In this document: piece after piece, positions 39,312 through 52,906 of the stretch
How the letters are laid out: each line of letters begins with the position of its first letter
Position numbering within the stretch: the stretch's first letter is position 1
Assembly: GCA_040954595.2 (NCBI GenBank)
Contig: CM082586.2
Coordinates: 2,671,124 to 2,735,123, forward strand
Direction: 5' to 3'
Length of the DNA: 64,000 nt
DNA from: Balanoglossus misakiensis
Taxonomy: Eukaryota > Animalia > Hemichordata
Translations under genes and position numbers: made by a program
The notes under the pieces: model-generated
The model's database searches: none
What the model saw: only the letters and a program-made list of their open reading frames with translations
Told to the model about the DNA's origin: nothing

Positions 39312-41817
39312 AGTGGACGCTTTTCGGCTTGGGTCCTCCAATTAAACTGGCCACCGTGAAAAACACGACCCGACGATGACAAACTAGGGCGGTGTTTTGC
39401 TCCAACAAGTGGTTACGTCATTCAACCGTTTCTCCTGCATTCGGCATTGTGCTGGCAGGCTGGATGTCACTAAATTTGCGGCCGATCAATCCAAAAATTC
39501 AACATGTGTTACGCGTTGTATAAACGCATCTGCACCAAATTTGCATATATTAATGAGAAAGAGTGTGCGCGACCGATAGCTTAATACAGACAAGGTTGAC
39601 GGCCGGGGCGTGCGGCGCATCCACATACGTGAAAGGCACCCTGTTCTAGAAGATGTGATACTCCACGCCTTTCACGTGACAAAAACATAAATCGGATGGT
39701 TTGGTACGTATCACGTGACTTTGCAATGATCCTCCACGGAGGTCAAAGGTAACCACGGGCAACATGCAAAGCAATTGTTTTAATACTGGTACTATTTTAA
39801 GTGCAGTAATAGATGCCCCTTTAAAACATATACATCATTTCTCGTGTCAGGTGTGAAATGTATTCAAAAAGATCAAACAAGGTCGCAAAAAACATGAATA
39901 GGTTAAAAATAATATTATTCTGTAACACAGGCAGTAGGATCATGGGATTTTAAATGCAGCCACTCACCGCACGACAGCACAGGTCAAAATTCATTTTTTA
40001 TGCGAGATGCATATAACAATGAACACTATAAGCCTCCTTGTCGTCGTGTGATTTACACTGTATTCTCCTTTGTACATGTCGTCTTCTCCCCTTGCACGTT
40101 TATGATTTGCCGCTGTAGGCGCTCATGACGTATATCAGCTGAGATTGTATAGGCTGCTCGATACTATTGTATGAAACCCTCCAGCTGATTTCAGCAGCTG
40201 ACACTTTCTTCATTGACGCAGCTTACATGAGCCCAGAATGTACCTTGAATGTTCTCAAATTACCTGTTCGTGGTTTGTTAGAAATCGACTCACATTGATA
40301 TCCTTGGCCTATAGGAACTGCCTTTGTGCTCAAGATGCGTTTCAAATACTCTGTCAGACACTGTATTTCATTCCCATTGGCATTCGCACATGAATAAGCA
40401 ATGATTTAGTCGTGTGAAACCCGCACTGTGCCAGAGGGTTGTGTTAATGCGTTTTGGTTAAATAAAATCTTCGACACCTTTGCTTTACATCGCACGGACG
40501 CCCCTATGTCTGCCCGAACATAATAGGCCTAATACTTCAAATTGTGAAGTAAAATTATCACAATGCCGACTATGTATTATAGCGTTTCACGTGAAGATAA
40601 ACAGCTTTCAATACGCCACGTCAGAGAAAATGTCTTTCGTCGCTTTCATGGTTTCTGTGGCGATTCCATCAAGTTCACAGTGGGTAGTCATGGCAACAGA
40701 CTCTTCCTCAGCTATAATTTGATTGGTCTCTCAGTTTCTGATCATTTTCAACCGAGTTCACGACAGGACTACGCTTCGGATATGTTGAGGGCGCTGTTTA
40801 TTGTAGTACGTACAAGCTCCCGGTACAGTCTACAGCATGTCTTGGTATGTCTTGGCTAGGATGATGAAGCCCTCTAAATTGAACTCTATCAGCGTCTAAA
40901 TAATACTCTAAGAATCTATTGACTTGTTGACAATATCAGTGATAAACACGCATGCACGTACGCTCCGTACATATCTTGAGTAAAGTGCCAACGAACTTAC
41001 AAACTCACCCGGAAGCGATTTCCACGCGTCCCTAGATGTCGGGGTATTTTGCATTTTAAAATCAAGCAGTAATAACCATATTCCGCGTCATTTAAGGTAA
41101 GATTTGCTCTTTAAATCGATATATTTGAACGGAAAAATATTTTTCCTCATAATATGAACCTAAATCTGGGCGGTTAAGCGTCAGTGGTGAATTCGTAGGG
41201 TTTTATTTAGTCGTGGCGAATGCCCTACAAACAAAGGCGTCCCTCCCGCATAAAATACTGGCTGCTGTCTGAATCGTTTGATTATTGAAAAGCACCATCC
41301 GCTAGCGAGCGTTACTTCTTTACCTGGTGCAAAATTCAAGGTCAGTGATGTCTTTAGATATCGCCAAGCCTAAAGACACATACATTCCGACGAAATGGGA
41401 CGACTAGGTGCATTTGTTGGTCTTTTCAAAAGCTGTTTTACGGACGGCCCGCATCAACGTTTACGCGCATATACATGTACGCACGGTGTTATGATGGGCG
41501 TTAATATGCAGCAAAGCAAACGGGAGAATGTGACGGTGAGGAAGGCAAACTTCGTGTTTGCTGTTGATTTTTACATTGTTGTTTTCAAGTTTATTGTTTA
41601 ATTAATGTGGGTGTTTTCTTTCTGTTATGAAATGTACATGTATTTCCACCTGTCAGCTCATGTATGTATTTCACGCAAGATCAAGATGAATGTGTACATA
41701 TTTGTGCCATGATGAGTTATCAGCAGTTAGTTTCAATGGCTGTGCCATTATCAGTTTTTCTCATGCTATTTTTTTTTTCTTGCAGATAGACTGTCTACAT
41801 ACTCCCTCCATTTCAGC

Positions 41818-44693
41818 ATGGAACCTGCAATTGCAGGCCACCAGGAAACAGAGCCTGTGGTGCCTGCAGAAAGACATGGAGCGGGCAGTGAAGTCACAGA
41901 GCAACAGAGTCTTCCCCCTGAAGCGAGAAACTTGTTGCTCTTGCATTCCGCCGGCTCCGTGGCCCAAACGGCCGACCCAAGCTCAGCTCAAACTGAGACA
42001 GCACCATCGGAGGTTAATATGGAATCTGTCAAGGATCAGACAGGGCCAGTGGAATCGAACGAATCACACAGCCAGTTGCCAGACAAAGAATCTGATTCAG
42101 AGGCTGCCAATGTACAGATTCAATCAGAGGGAAGCGATCTGTCATCGGACGTGCATGACATGTCAGTCAAGCAGGAGGAAAAGCCTTCGAAATCGATGCT
42201 GCGTGCCAGTCAAGAAGAAAGCAGAGAGATGGTGATCAGTGAAATGAAACGCAATCTCATCAAAATGGTGAGTGATTACCCCAGTACACTGTTGTGTCAT
42301 CAGAAACATGATTTCATCTTTAAAGGAGGAGGGTCATGTGAACTGCACGTGTAACCGTGGTGAACTTTGTAAACAGGAGAGTTGCACATGATTGCTGATT
42401 GCTTTTAAATGTGTGGGTTTTCTTTACTCGATTTTAGGGTTATAACCTGGCCAATCAGATGGGTTTCAGCATATTCATCAAGGTGGTTGATGTGACCGGC
42501 AGCAGTGAATATTACGGAACCAGAGATCTGCTTCGGTCTTTCCACAGCTCTGGGCTCAAAGTTGAGGCGAGCGACGTAGCGTTGAGTGGAAGAACCGCTG
42601 TGCCCATTAGAAAAGCGAAACTGCGAGAAAGGGTCTTTGATAGTGATGACGATGATAGTTATGATGATGATGATGATGATGGTTACGATGACTGTGGCAG
42701 GGTGGAGGACACTGATGAAGAGTACAGGCCAACTTCACCCACAGAAGAATGTGATGGCTCTGACACAACAGGTAAGCACGAAAAATTCTGCTTGCTTATG
42801 AGCTCTAGCTATTTAATATGTTCATTCGCGATTGAAGTAGTTTAATGTTGATCACACTGTTCACCCACACCTGGTCATACATGTATTTTGTTCATTATTT
42901 CCGTAGAGGTCAACCATGGAGAAAAATCCGACATGCCACAGGAAGACCCTGAGAGTGGCCAGCACGCTGCACACTCAAATGACAACAATCAACAAGCGGC
43001 TTCTGGGGCTGTACAGACTGAAATTGAAGATGATTCTGTAGAAGCCCGCGTCTCAGCGGTCAGTGAGGCGATCCTTGATCAGCAAAAGAATGTCCAGGTA
43101 GGTTCGCCAGCCGGCTCTGGGAGAAAAAGGAAACGAAAAGCAGAACATCCCATGAAGATTAAAGTGAACCTTCCTCCAAAGAAAAGGAAGATCTCAGTTC
43201 CCGCGGCAACTCGCAAGAAGACGACCGGGAGAGCGTGGAGGCCGGGCATGCGAGGGCGCCCTCCCAAGTACGTCACGGAGAGGAAGCCCCCGAAAGCGAA
43301 GGAGGTAAAGAAGCCGGCAGAAAAGAAAAAGGTGGAGAAGAAGGAACCGAGCCAGCCTAAGGAGAAGAAGACGCACACCCGGTTGAAGAAGATGTCGTGC
43401 CAACACTGCGAGAAGGAGTTCCGCGACAAGTGGCATCTGAACCGGCACGAGCGTTCGCACACCGGGGAGAAACCTTTTGTTTGCAACGACTGCGGCAAAG
43501 CGTTCAGTTCCTCCACCCACTTCAAGGAGCACCAGATGCGACACCAGGGCAAGCGGGACTGGGTCTGCGAGTTGTGTAGCCGCGATTTCTACTTCCGCGC
43601 CGACCTGCAGGAGCACATCAAGAAGGTGCATGTGAGCGGGAAGGGTCACTCCTGCGCGCACTGCGGGAAAGCCTTCTCGCAGGAGTCGCAGCTGAAAGTC
43701 CACGAGGAGGCGCACATTCCCGACGAGGAAAAGGGCCTGGTGTGTATCATATGCGGCGACAAATTCGCCCACGTCATCAGCTTCTCCAGGCATCACCGGA
43801 ACGTGCACGGCGCGCCCACGTACCTGTGCCCCTTCTGCGATAAAGGCTATCCGTCTTACGGAAACCTGAAGAATCACCTCGGCAGTCACACCGGAAGCAA
43901 ACCCTTCCAGTGCGACCAATGCGGGAAAACCTATTCCTCGGAAGGCGGACTGAAGTGGCATCAGGTCATCCACTTGCAGGGGAAGACATTCGAGTGCTCG
44001 CTCTGCGACATGAAATTTTTCCGAAACATTGACCTGACGAAGCACTTGACCGTGCACACCACCGAGAAGCAGTACGTGTGCGAGATGTGCGGGGCGCAGT
44101 TCAAGCGCATCCACAGCCTGACCAAACACCAGCAGCGGCACATGGGGGTGGTGCTGCGGCCGTACAAGTGCGGCGACTGCGGCAAGGCCTTCGACACCAC
44201 GGCGCACCTCAAACGCCACGTCCAAATCCATTCGGGCGATAAACCTTACGAGTGTGGGGGCTGCGGCAAACGCTTCAACCGCAAGGACAACCTGCGCACG
44301 CACATGAAAGTGCACGAGTCGGGCAACCAGTCGAAGAAGGCCAAGATTCCCAAGCATAAAGTGCGCGTGGCGCGTCCCATGACCGAGCAGCAGAAAGACG
44401 AATCGGACACCGACGTCTCCGAGGATGATTACACCAGCGAGAGCGAGACGGAGACCCCGATCAGTCCACCTCCCCCGCAGGAGTTTCACTCGTACTCGGC
44501 TCCAGCAACTGACCTCTACGGACACCAGATTCCCCAACCGCAGCTTCAACCACAACCGCAGGCCCACGATCAGCTCAACCAACACGTCGACCCGCACGCC
44601 CAACCACCCATCATTCCATCCCAAATGCACTCTGGCGCAATCGCAGAAGCCGTGCAAAGTCTTCGAACAATCCAGTGGTCCCATATTTCATAA
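41818..44693 (+). CDS. Approximately 856-aa C2H2 zinc-finger protein with 11 fingers, an AT-hook, an acidic tract and an N-terminal MADS-like module
   Basis: Exons 41818-42267, 42438-42771 and 42907-44693 (2571 nt). Eleven CxxC...HxxxH fingers with TGEKPF/SGDKPY-type linkers, an RGRPPK AT-hook, basic NLS-like stretches and a Pro/Gln-rich tail. A probable 5'UTR donor lies at about 41097. Confidence 0.92.
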
Positions 44694-46638
44694 ATCAATT
44701 TCATTAATGTACATAATGTGAATTCTTAAATCAGTTGAAGGATTTGTGAACTGTTTCACATGAGAAAACCTTCAGCTATTACTTGTAGCATACTGTGATA
44801 CTGCTGGTAAAGGATGCTGTTATTGCCAAAATACACCCATTTATCTATCTTGGTTCGTGAGAATTTCAGGATTTTGTCATGTCAGAAATCTAGTTGATAT
44901 TTATCCAAGATTTGTTTTATTCACTCGTGGAAAAAATCTTTTTGTAATTTGCATGATCACTAGTGACAAAAATTACAGACTTGAGTCAAGTCTAATATGT
45001 ACCGATACTTTGGTACAATGTACCTATCTTTTGTTGACTGTAGCAGTGCATGATGGGTACCTAATATTACCATTCTAAGAGATTTATGCAATGAGTTCTG
45101 GATGAAGGTGAAAGGCGCCCTCTAGCAAACTTTGCAGTCCACCTTTTTGCAGTTGACTAGCATTTTAAGAAGCAGTTAATTTGCTAGTATTTTTTCCAAA
45201 ATATTGACATTAATTTACTTCAGCTTGAATAACAACATCTTTACTCTTGATGGACGTTCAAATATGCGAACAATACCAGCGGTGGAATTTTAGGCTGCTT
45301 TGAGTTTGACATATTTGGTTCTTAGAAAACAGACTGTTTTTCTGATTAAAGCGATTGCATGTATAGTTCTATTGCTGTATGTATGCATTGTTCTTTTGAA
45401 ATGATATATATAGTGTGATTGCTGAGTTTGTGGGTGTGTTTGTGCATGGATATGTCTATACTTGCATTACATTGAAATCAAAATATCAATCTCTTCCTCA
45501 AATTCATTTTATATCTTTCTCAAAAGTACACGTAATGCATGTGTATGTATGTTTGTGTGTGTGTATCTGAACACTTGAATTTTAGTGTGAAATTAAATTA
45601 AGCACTTGACTGCTAAATTTTTCATTAAACATTGCTGACCCAGAAAAATATATGAAATCTTTGTGAAACCCTGTCTCAGTTACTATGTACCGTGAATGTT
45701 GCAGACTTGGGCTCTGATGATGTCACCAGGCGCAGTGCAAGTTCTGTCTGGCAGTAAATGGTATAATTCCAGCTTGCTATCTGTATATTCCATCATGAAA
45801 TATTCATCTGGATATCGATAATGATACTGATATGATGGGTAAGTACACCTGATCCTTCTGTGTGTGTGCGAGTGTGAAGGCTGCACAAGTCTCAAATTGC
45901 TGGCGTTGGATTTTTCTTACAGAGAAGGTTTTGTCTCAGTCATTGATCTCGGGTTTTTCTGTTTTACATGTACACACCTCAGGGAGAGCTTTTCAGAAAT
46001 ATGACAGTCCTGGCAGAATGTTGGAAGGGTCTTCTTTGCACGTTGACTAGAACATAAATGAGTTCGCGACTGTCAAACACGTTTGAAAGGAAAACATGAA
46101 TTTTTAATTCTTTATTAAAATGTCTGTGCAAATGGTGTGAAAGGTTTTCTGCATAGGAAGTTGTCAAAGAGAGAAAAACATCTGGTATAAAAGGTGTATA
46201 AAATTACATCAATTCTGACAAAAAGTACCTCATGCAAACGTGAGTAATAAAGTGTAATTTGAATTCCAGAGAAAATGGTTCGATTCTATCCACCGTTCTA
46301 ATCATACATTTTCTTAAAAATTGATTCTTAATCTTTAAATATTTAGTGCTATTCAAACTCTGTGATGTAAAAATTGCAGTACTTAATGAGTCCATTTAAT
46401 TAAGTGATCAGTTTATTTTTAGAAAACGTTTTGGTATGTCATTCAAAAGACAATTAGTATTGCTAAGTGATGAATCAGCAGGGTGATAAATTGTGTGGGA
46501 CAGCGTGTGGGACAGCCTCATTAATACAAGAATGCATCATATAATTCTCTGTGAAATTTGACAGTTCGTAATGTTGACGCGGACTGGTGCATTGTGGGTA
46601 TTCAATATGGCGCACGTTCGGCTCACCCTTTCTGCTAA

Positions 46639-47746
46639 GGGACTGTCCAGAATTTACTTCCAGGGTGGGGCTGGAGGATTTCTTATTTTCCTGGTGATTT
46701 TTTTCCATGGCCCCCCCTTGTAAATTGTGGAGGAAATCTGTGGCCCCCCCGTAAATTTCCTGTTTTTTTTCCATGACCCCCCCCCCCCAATATATACATG
46801 TACATGCATGCTTACCGGTACAGACTACGACACATACAGTCTGATAAGGCTGCATTTACAAACACCTCTGGAAGGGGGGGGGGGGGGGAGAATCAAATTT
46901 GTTTTACCGTTAATTTTCACATGCCCCCCGTACACAACCCGAAATATTTTCAAATCCCCCCCTTCCGAACAGCTTAAAATTTTGAAATCCCACCCCCCAT
47001 TTTCTTTCACACAGCAAAACACATCACCTATCTATCTTGTAAAAAAAGAAAAACAGCGCTCCCATGAAAAGAATTTGAAACTGATGTTTTTCCTCATCAG
47101 TGGATATTAAAACTGAACATTGTTTATATTTGTTAAGTATTTGTATTCTGTATTGGCAGATATTGTAAACCGAGAAGTGAAGGGGGTGGGTTTGGGAGGG
47201 GGTGTCCCCCTCCCCTGTAAGACAATTTTATAAAATACAGAGCTCAAAGCTGCATTTTAATGAACCCAAAAGCAAATTAACTTTTTATATACATATATGA
47301 ATGATTGATGAGAAAATTAACGAATTCTAGTCTGGACTTGAATTGAGCTCGTCAACAGTAACAACACTGACTGTTCACTGTACATTTATGGTCTGTGCTG
47401 GCAGGCCAAATACTGGGCATTTTATTATGCTTCACAGAGTAGAACAAGAAACTGTAGTACTAGTAGATATACAAAATAACCCACCGTAAAAATTACCGGA
47501 AATTCAAGCTTATGAAGATTTAATGCACTTGCGGAGTTCATCTGTCATCCAGGTAGCCATGGTGGTTTGTTTCTTATAAATCAGCACTTCTGGGCAAATA
47601 TTGAGTTTGTGAGAGTTTTTTACATGGCCCCCCCTAAAGGATTGTGATTTTTATGTCTGACCCCCCCTAATTTTTCTTGGGGAGAATGGGTGGCCCCCCC
47701 TGAAAATCCTCCAGCCCCCCCCTGGAAGTAAATTCTGGACAGTCCC
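46639..47746. mobile_element. 1108-bp non-autonomous PIF/Harbinger-type element (Tourist-like MITE)
   Basis: TIRs of about 43 bp (GGGACTGTCCAGAATTTACTTCCAGGG.GGGGCTGGAGGATTT, one mismatch) flanked by a 3-bp TAA duplication at 46636-38 and 47747-49. It has subterminal tggccccccc repeats and no transposase ORF. Confidence 0.9.
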
Positions 47747-48000
47747 TAACACGTGATCTGTCTTGAGTAGATACTAGAATTTTTAACAATAAAAGGATTT
47801 TAAACATCTGATTGTACATCTAAGTATTCTATAAAGGCCACATACACAAAGGCCACGTTAGTGAAAAATCTAATTTTAATAAATTAACTTATTACTCAGC
47901 CTACATAATGGGCCATATCAAGGGAAAATGTTCCGACAATTCCCTTCATATAGTGGAATTTGGCATTTAAACTTTAGGTGCCAGACAAAACTAAGCACAG

Positions 48001-51000
48001 CTATAGATAGGCCTGAGTAGCACCCTCGTTGACTTGGTCTTTGGTAGATGTTGACGGCTGAAGGGCGTGGTCTTCTGCGTCGTCCAGGCAACTTTCCTCC
48101 TGCCTCTGTTCCTGGTCGTCCGCCTCCGTCTCCTTGGCGAGCGATTTCATCTGCTCGATTTTCATAAGCCTCCTCTGTCTGGCCTTGTGTTTCTTCTTGT
48201 ACTTCTGGATGGCGGGCGGGTGCTTGTAGTACCACATACAGAAGGCGAAGGCGAGGACCAGCAGCACTAGGCTGGCAATGGCAACTACTATGTCCAGTAC
48301 GCTAAGAGAGCTCCACGGTTCTGAAACAGCAGACGGCATGAATGCTATTAATTTTCAGTAACCGAGCGACAGTTCTTCAAATTGTTCTTTGTGTTGAGTT
48401 ACCATTCTAGTGTCAATCACGCATGCCAAAAATCAAAGAATATATTTTTCGTACTCACTAGCCACACACGTGCGTTTTCCTTCATCCTTGCCATCTACAC
48501 AGTCGACGATGCCATCACAGATTCGATTACCTTCAATTACAAGCGCTCCATCGTCACATTCAAGTGTGCACGATTTGTCTGGTGGAAAAAATGTTAAAAA
48601 CTGCACTAAACAAATTTGATATAAATGCACAACCCTCGGTCGTGACACTAAATGCTAGTATATTATTTTATTATCATTTTAATAGTATAATATCACCATT
48701 GTGTACTTGTCAGAACACCATCTGTTGAAAATTACCTGCATTATAAAGATGCAAAATATGTTGTTATAATCAGTCGCTGAACAAACATTCAAATACAGGT
48801 GACAAAATCCCGTTTAATGTGCATGTTCACACATGCACACAAATGTATGTGTATAATAATATGTTACATTTTCTGGCGATCGCGTTAACAATGCCTGACC
48901 CTAACCCCCTAGAACGTAAAACGTTTGGTCGTGAATACTGCTATAGCAATTTTTGTGCCTCACTGCGTTTTATGAATGGGTGCATGACAGACCATTATTC
49001 TCACGTATTGTGTTGGAAATTTAATCACATTTTATTCTGAGGATAATACATCATTGAAGTGTCGAGGTCAAACTTGTCATGTGTTGCACTAAATTATAGA
49101 TCCGCATTCTTTTATCCAGGTGGTACAATGCACCGTGCCTTACAGTAGCGATTTCCACATAAATACAAAAACTGTGTCAGACTTTACTAATTTATAGTTG
49201 CCTTTGTCACGTGGGAGCTTAGTGTGTTCCATCAATATAGGCAATCTTGATTCGGCATCGGCCTATTTTTCTGACATGGGCGTTTATCCACCTGAATTTA
49301 TAAACCGTTATGATGACCTAGTAACGGTTTAAATTAAGCAAGCAACATGATTACTTCAGAATAAAACAAATTATTCGGAATTGATGTTGATTTAGCTGAA
49401 ATAATCAAATATTCAAAATTTTAATAAATATCGTTCTATATTATTAAATATTTAATATTTATTCAATACGCGTGTATGCATATATCCCCATGAGTCAGAC
49501 ATGTACCGCCTGAACCGACGTGATGTTTTCATAAGACGTATATATTAGATTGACTTTGTCATTTTAAAGTTTTGAACGAACCTCTTGTGTAATCGAAGGA
49601 CTCGTCTTCGCCGTCCGGGCAGTTGTCAACGCCATCGCAGGTCAGATCACCATGGATACAGACATTATCGGCACTCCCGCAAAGAAAACAGTTGCCTGTT
49701 GGTCAAGTCGGAAATGCACTTTTGTTTTTTACTGGTACACCTTGATTGGCAATTATTTGACGATGGAATGTGCCAGCAATTTCAAGAAATGCTACCCTAA
49801 AAAATTGATAAAAAAACACTGCAATGTTTTACTGCCATATTTCAAACACCGTGCCGATACTTGTGACCCTTTTCCAAAGTTTACCAAAAAAAAAAAAAAA
49901 AACGATTTCTGACGTCATCTTTTTTCTTCAACCGGAACCAATCAATGACCATTTTTTGGTTGGTCAAAATATGTGCCACAGAAACGAAACAAGTCAATAC
50001 GCTTCCTCAACTTCTTTTCAGGGGAAGGAAGCAAATATGTGTGTGTTCATATTGACTTATTTCTTCACCCTGACAGAAAAAAAGGAATGACTTACCCGAC
50101 CTACTTCGACTGTAGGCTTCGGCCATCAATTGAACTTGCAGTCCGTTTGCAAATTCCCCATCGACCATTTCTATGGTAATGTTGGCAGTTTTCCCAGGCG
50201 GATAATACGAAGCCCTTCTTTTTCCTGTCTGGTCACGTGATCGACGGCAGATCGCCAGGTTAGAGATCACTCCGCCGGACTCGGTGACGCTCACACCGCA
50301 GTCCGTCCGGTTGTCCGACAAAAAGTGATCTTCTCCCGAAAACACGTCCAACTTTAGCTGCTGCTCCGTGTTGACCGTGACCTGCACGTTGATGGAACAC
50401 CTTTCCTGACCACTTGTGTCGGTCAAGTTCACTGCAACAAGTCCGACGGGTGTGGTGTCCGTCAGAATGACGTCAAAGGTCATGGAAGAAGCGCATTCCA
50501 GAATATGAACTGCCAAATAAATGCAGAGGAAAAATTGATTTTTATATTTATAATAATTCGACCATTTTGAGAGTCTTGTACCCTATTTTACAATAATCAT
50601 ATGCCGTCTTTCGAAACAGTACTGTAGAGCATTAGACATTTCCCGCATGTATACTTTAATAATTTAGATGTGTCATAGAAATCGTTGTATCTCTTTGACA
50701 CAGTATTGTGATCGATTCAACTCCTTTGCAGCCCCTAGCTTACAACAAAAAGAAAAGAGAATTTGCCTTGGCTGCGACGGGAAAATTTGACCCGATCTGT
50801 CTGGCACAGAAGCCGTCTTCTTTGACCGAGTTGGGGACGATTCACGAACAAAGCTCAACAAGTGTCGTATTTAATCGAAGTCTAAAGCCCAGAAAGAAAT
50901 GACGCTTCATTTATTAAGCATTTTCCGCTAATTGAGTGCTCTGTCGTGGGGTGCACGGATTAAAGTCAAAGCCTATTCTAGCAAGGGCCCCGAAAGGGGT

Positions 51001-52906
51001 AATAAAATCAACTTGTTAAAATTCATTATTTTTTTAATAATTAAAATTTGCATCGGGCAATAACGGATCACATGAATGACTAACATGAAAAATCCACGGA
51101 GTGGTTTACCTTTTGCAAATTTAGTATTGTTTTCCCCGCCATCACCTTTGACCCTATTGATGGCCTCTTGTATAAGAAATGACTCATTTGGTTTCACATT
51201 CTCGACACTGACAAATCGATGGTTATTTCTATCAGACAGGTTGCATGATGTTACCGGGTCGGAAGTAATTTATTGAGACATTAATATAGCGACCCAGAAT
51301 TCATTCCATAAATTACACATGAATTAAACAGGTGGCACCTCTCGATTGACTCCGGAACTCGCCGCTTCAGATCCTTGATTTTGAAGAGGAAGGTTGTCAT
51401 TGTGTTACCGAGTTCCCCATTCCCTTATTCTAAGTGTCGTCTTTTCCCTTTACTCATGATGTTACGTTAGTTGGTTAGGGAATAAGAGGCAAAACCCGAA
51501 TTAACCGGAGTTGTTTCATGCTAATTGTCCATGGGGAAATGGAGAAGATTAACAAGATGGATGGCGTTACGCGTGTGCTTGCTTACATGCACATCAAACG
51601 AGGTTATCGCAAAAACGGTGGCGGTGAGAATAACGCAAACAACACAAGAACCAGTTAAAGCACCACGTGTCCTGTGTATCCCCATGCACGCACCCGGAAC
51701 GCTTAACTCATCCAACCCATCGAAAGCCAGTTTGAATCCATTCTCGTCAGACCTACAAATTAACATGAACGCCCCAGGAACGCCAGTCATCAGATAAAAT
51801 GATAATCATTGGCGCGGAACCGTTAAAATAGGTCGGCCTGCGGGGTGGGATGTATATTAACATATAGGGGGAATAATTGTACGCGGATCCTACTACAAGC
51901 AAAATATAAGAGAGGTTGAGAACCGTACTATAATTGTGAACATGATTAAACACAAGCATTACGAATATCGCTCCAGAAATGGCACATTTAACCAGCCAGA
52001 TATTTTACATCGTCCGATCTTAAATTTAGTCTGGAACGATTTTCAGATTCAAAGCTGTATAAAAAGCAAGTTACTGGAAACTAGACGACCTGTCCATGCG
52101 CAAAAAAAAGAATGGCACATTTCATGAGAGCCATCTATACAATGTACTATCTACATTCTCCCCGAGGGAATATGCAATAGCACTATGTCATCCGAAAATT
52201 TTAATAATGAAATTGGTTCTTGGGCAGCCAACTATGCACATGATATTTAATGAACAGAAACGGGCCATGGTGAAACGGCTGTGCTCAAAATTCTAGTCAT
52301 ATTTTGGTCGAAGATTAAGTTCAGACCTGGTGAAAGTTTGAAGTATGAAATGCAAAATAATAGTGTAATTTAAATTACAATGTATAATAAAATTCCAGTG
52401 TCCGGCCGATTTTCAGAAGTATAAAGACTCTCATCAGACTTCATCGACAGGCATGATTTAAGAGGCATTAGACGGAAAATATGAAAAACATGAGCAGAAC
52501 AAAAAAGACACATTGGAAAAACATCTGTCTCTCCTTGCAAACAAAAGCGCAATATTCGTTTCCCGTTGTCAAACACCCACGACAAGGAATCGCCACCAAT
52601 TTGCAAATAATTTGTTGATAATCTTGCCATTCAGCTTCTGTATTCGCAAAATTGTAATACGATAGATTGAACTAATCATCGTGAGTGGAATGAAAACTTT
52701 AAATGTCAACTATTAATATTTTAATGCAACGAATTAAGACGATTCCTTCTCTTCTGTTCTAATCCAACAGGGTTCTTTAATAGCACGTTCTAGTTTCAGT
52801 ACTCACCTCTGTTGTACAATTGTGCCCGGACCGGCGTGACAGCTGCCAGGAGAAGAATTAGATCCAACAGCATAGACTCGATTGATTTGAAAACTAGAAA
52901 CCCCAT
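48001..52906 (-). CDS. Type I membrane protein, signal-CUB-LDLa-LDLa-TM (paralogue C, about 355 aa)
   Basis: Exons: 52906-52807 (MGFLVFK...LILLLAAVTPVRAQ signal), 50509-50096 (CUB-like), 49695-49582 (LDLa, CFLCGSADNVCIHGDLTCDGVDNCPDGEDE), 48578-48459 (LDLa, CDGIVDCVDGKDE), 48320-48001 (TM IVVAIASLVLLVLAFAFCMWYY, tail ending QAYL). All introns are phase 1. Confidence 0.88.

Noticed and set aside
43245-43270. Functional link between the AT-hook zinc-finger protein and the nearby AT-rich satellite
   Set aside because: Only proximity supports it; nothing in the sequence indicates binding.
43194-44684. 496-aa antisense ORF over the zinc-finger exon
   Set aside because: A shadow frame produced by the GC-rich codon usage of the sense C2H2 array; it has no recognisable domain.
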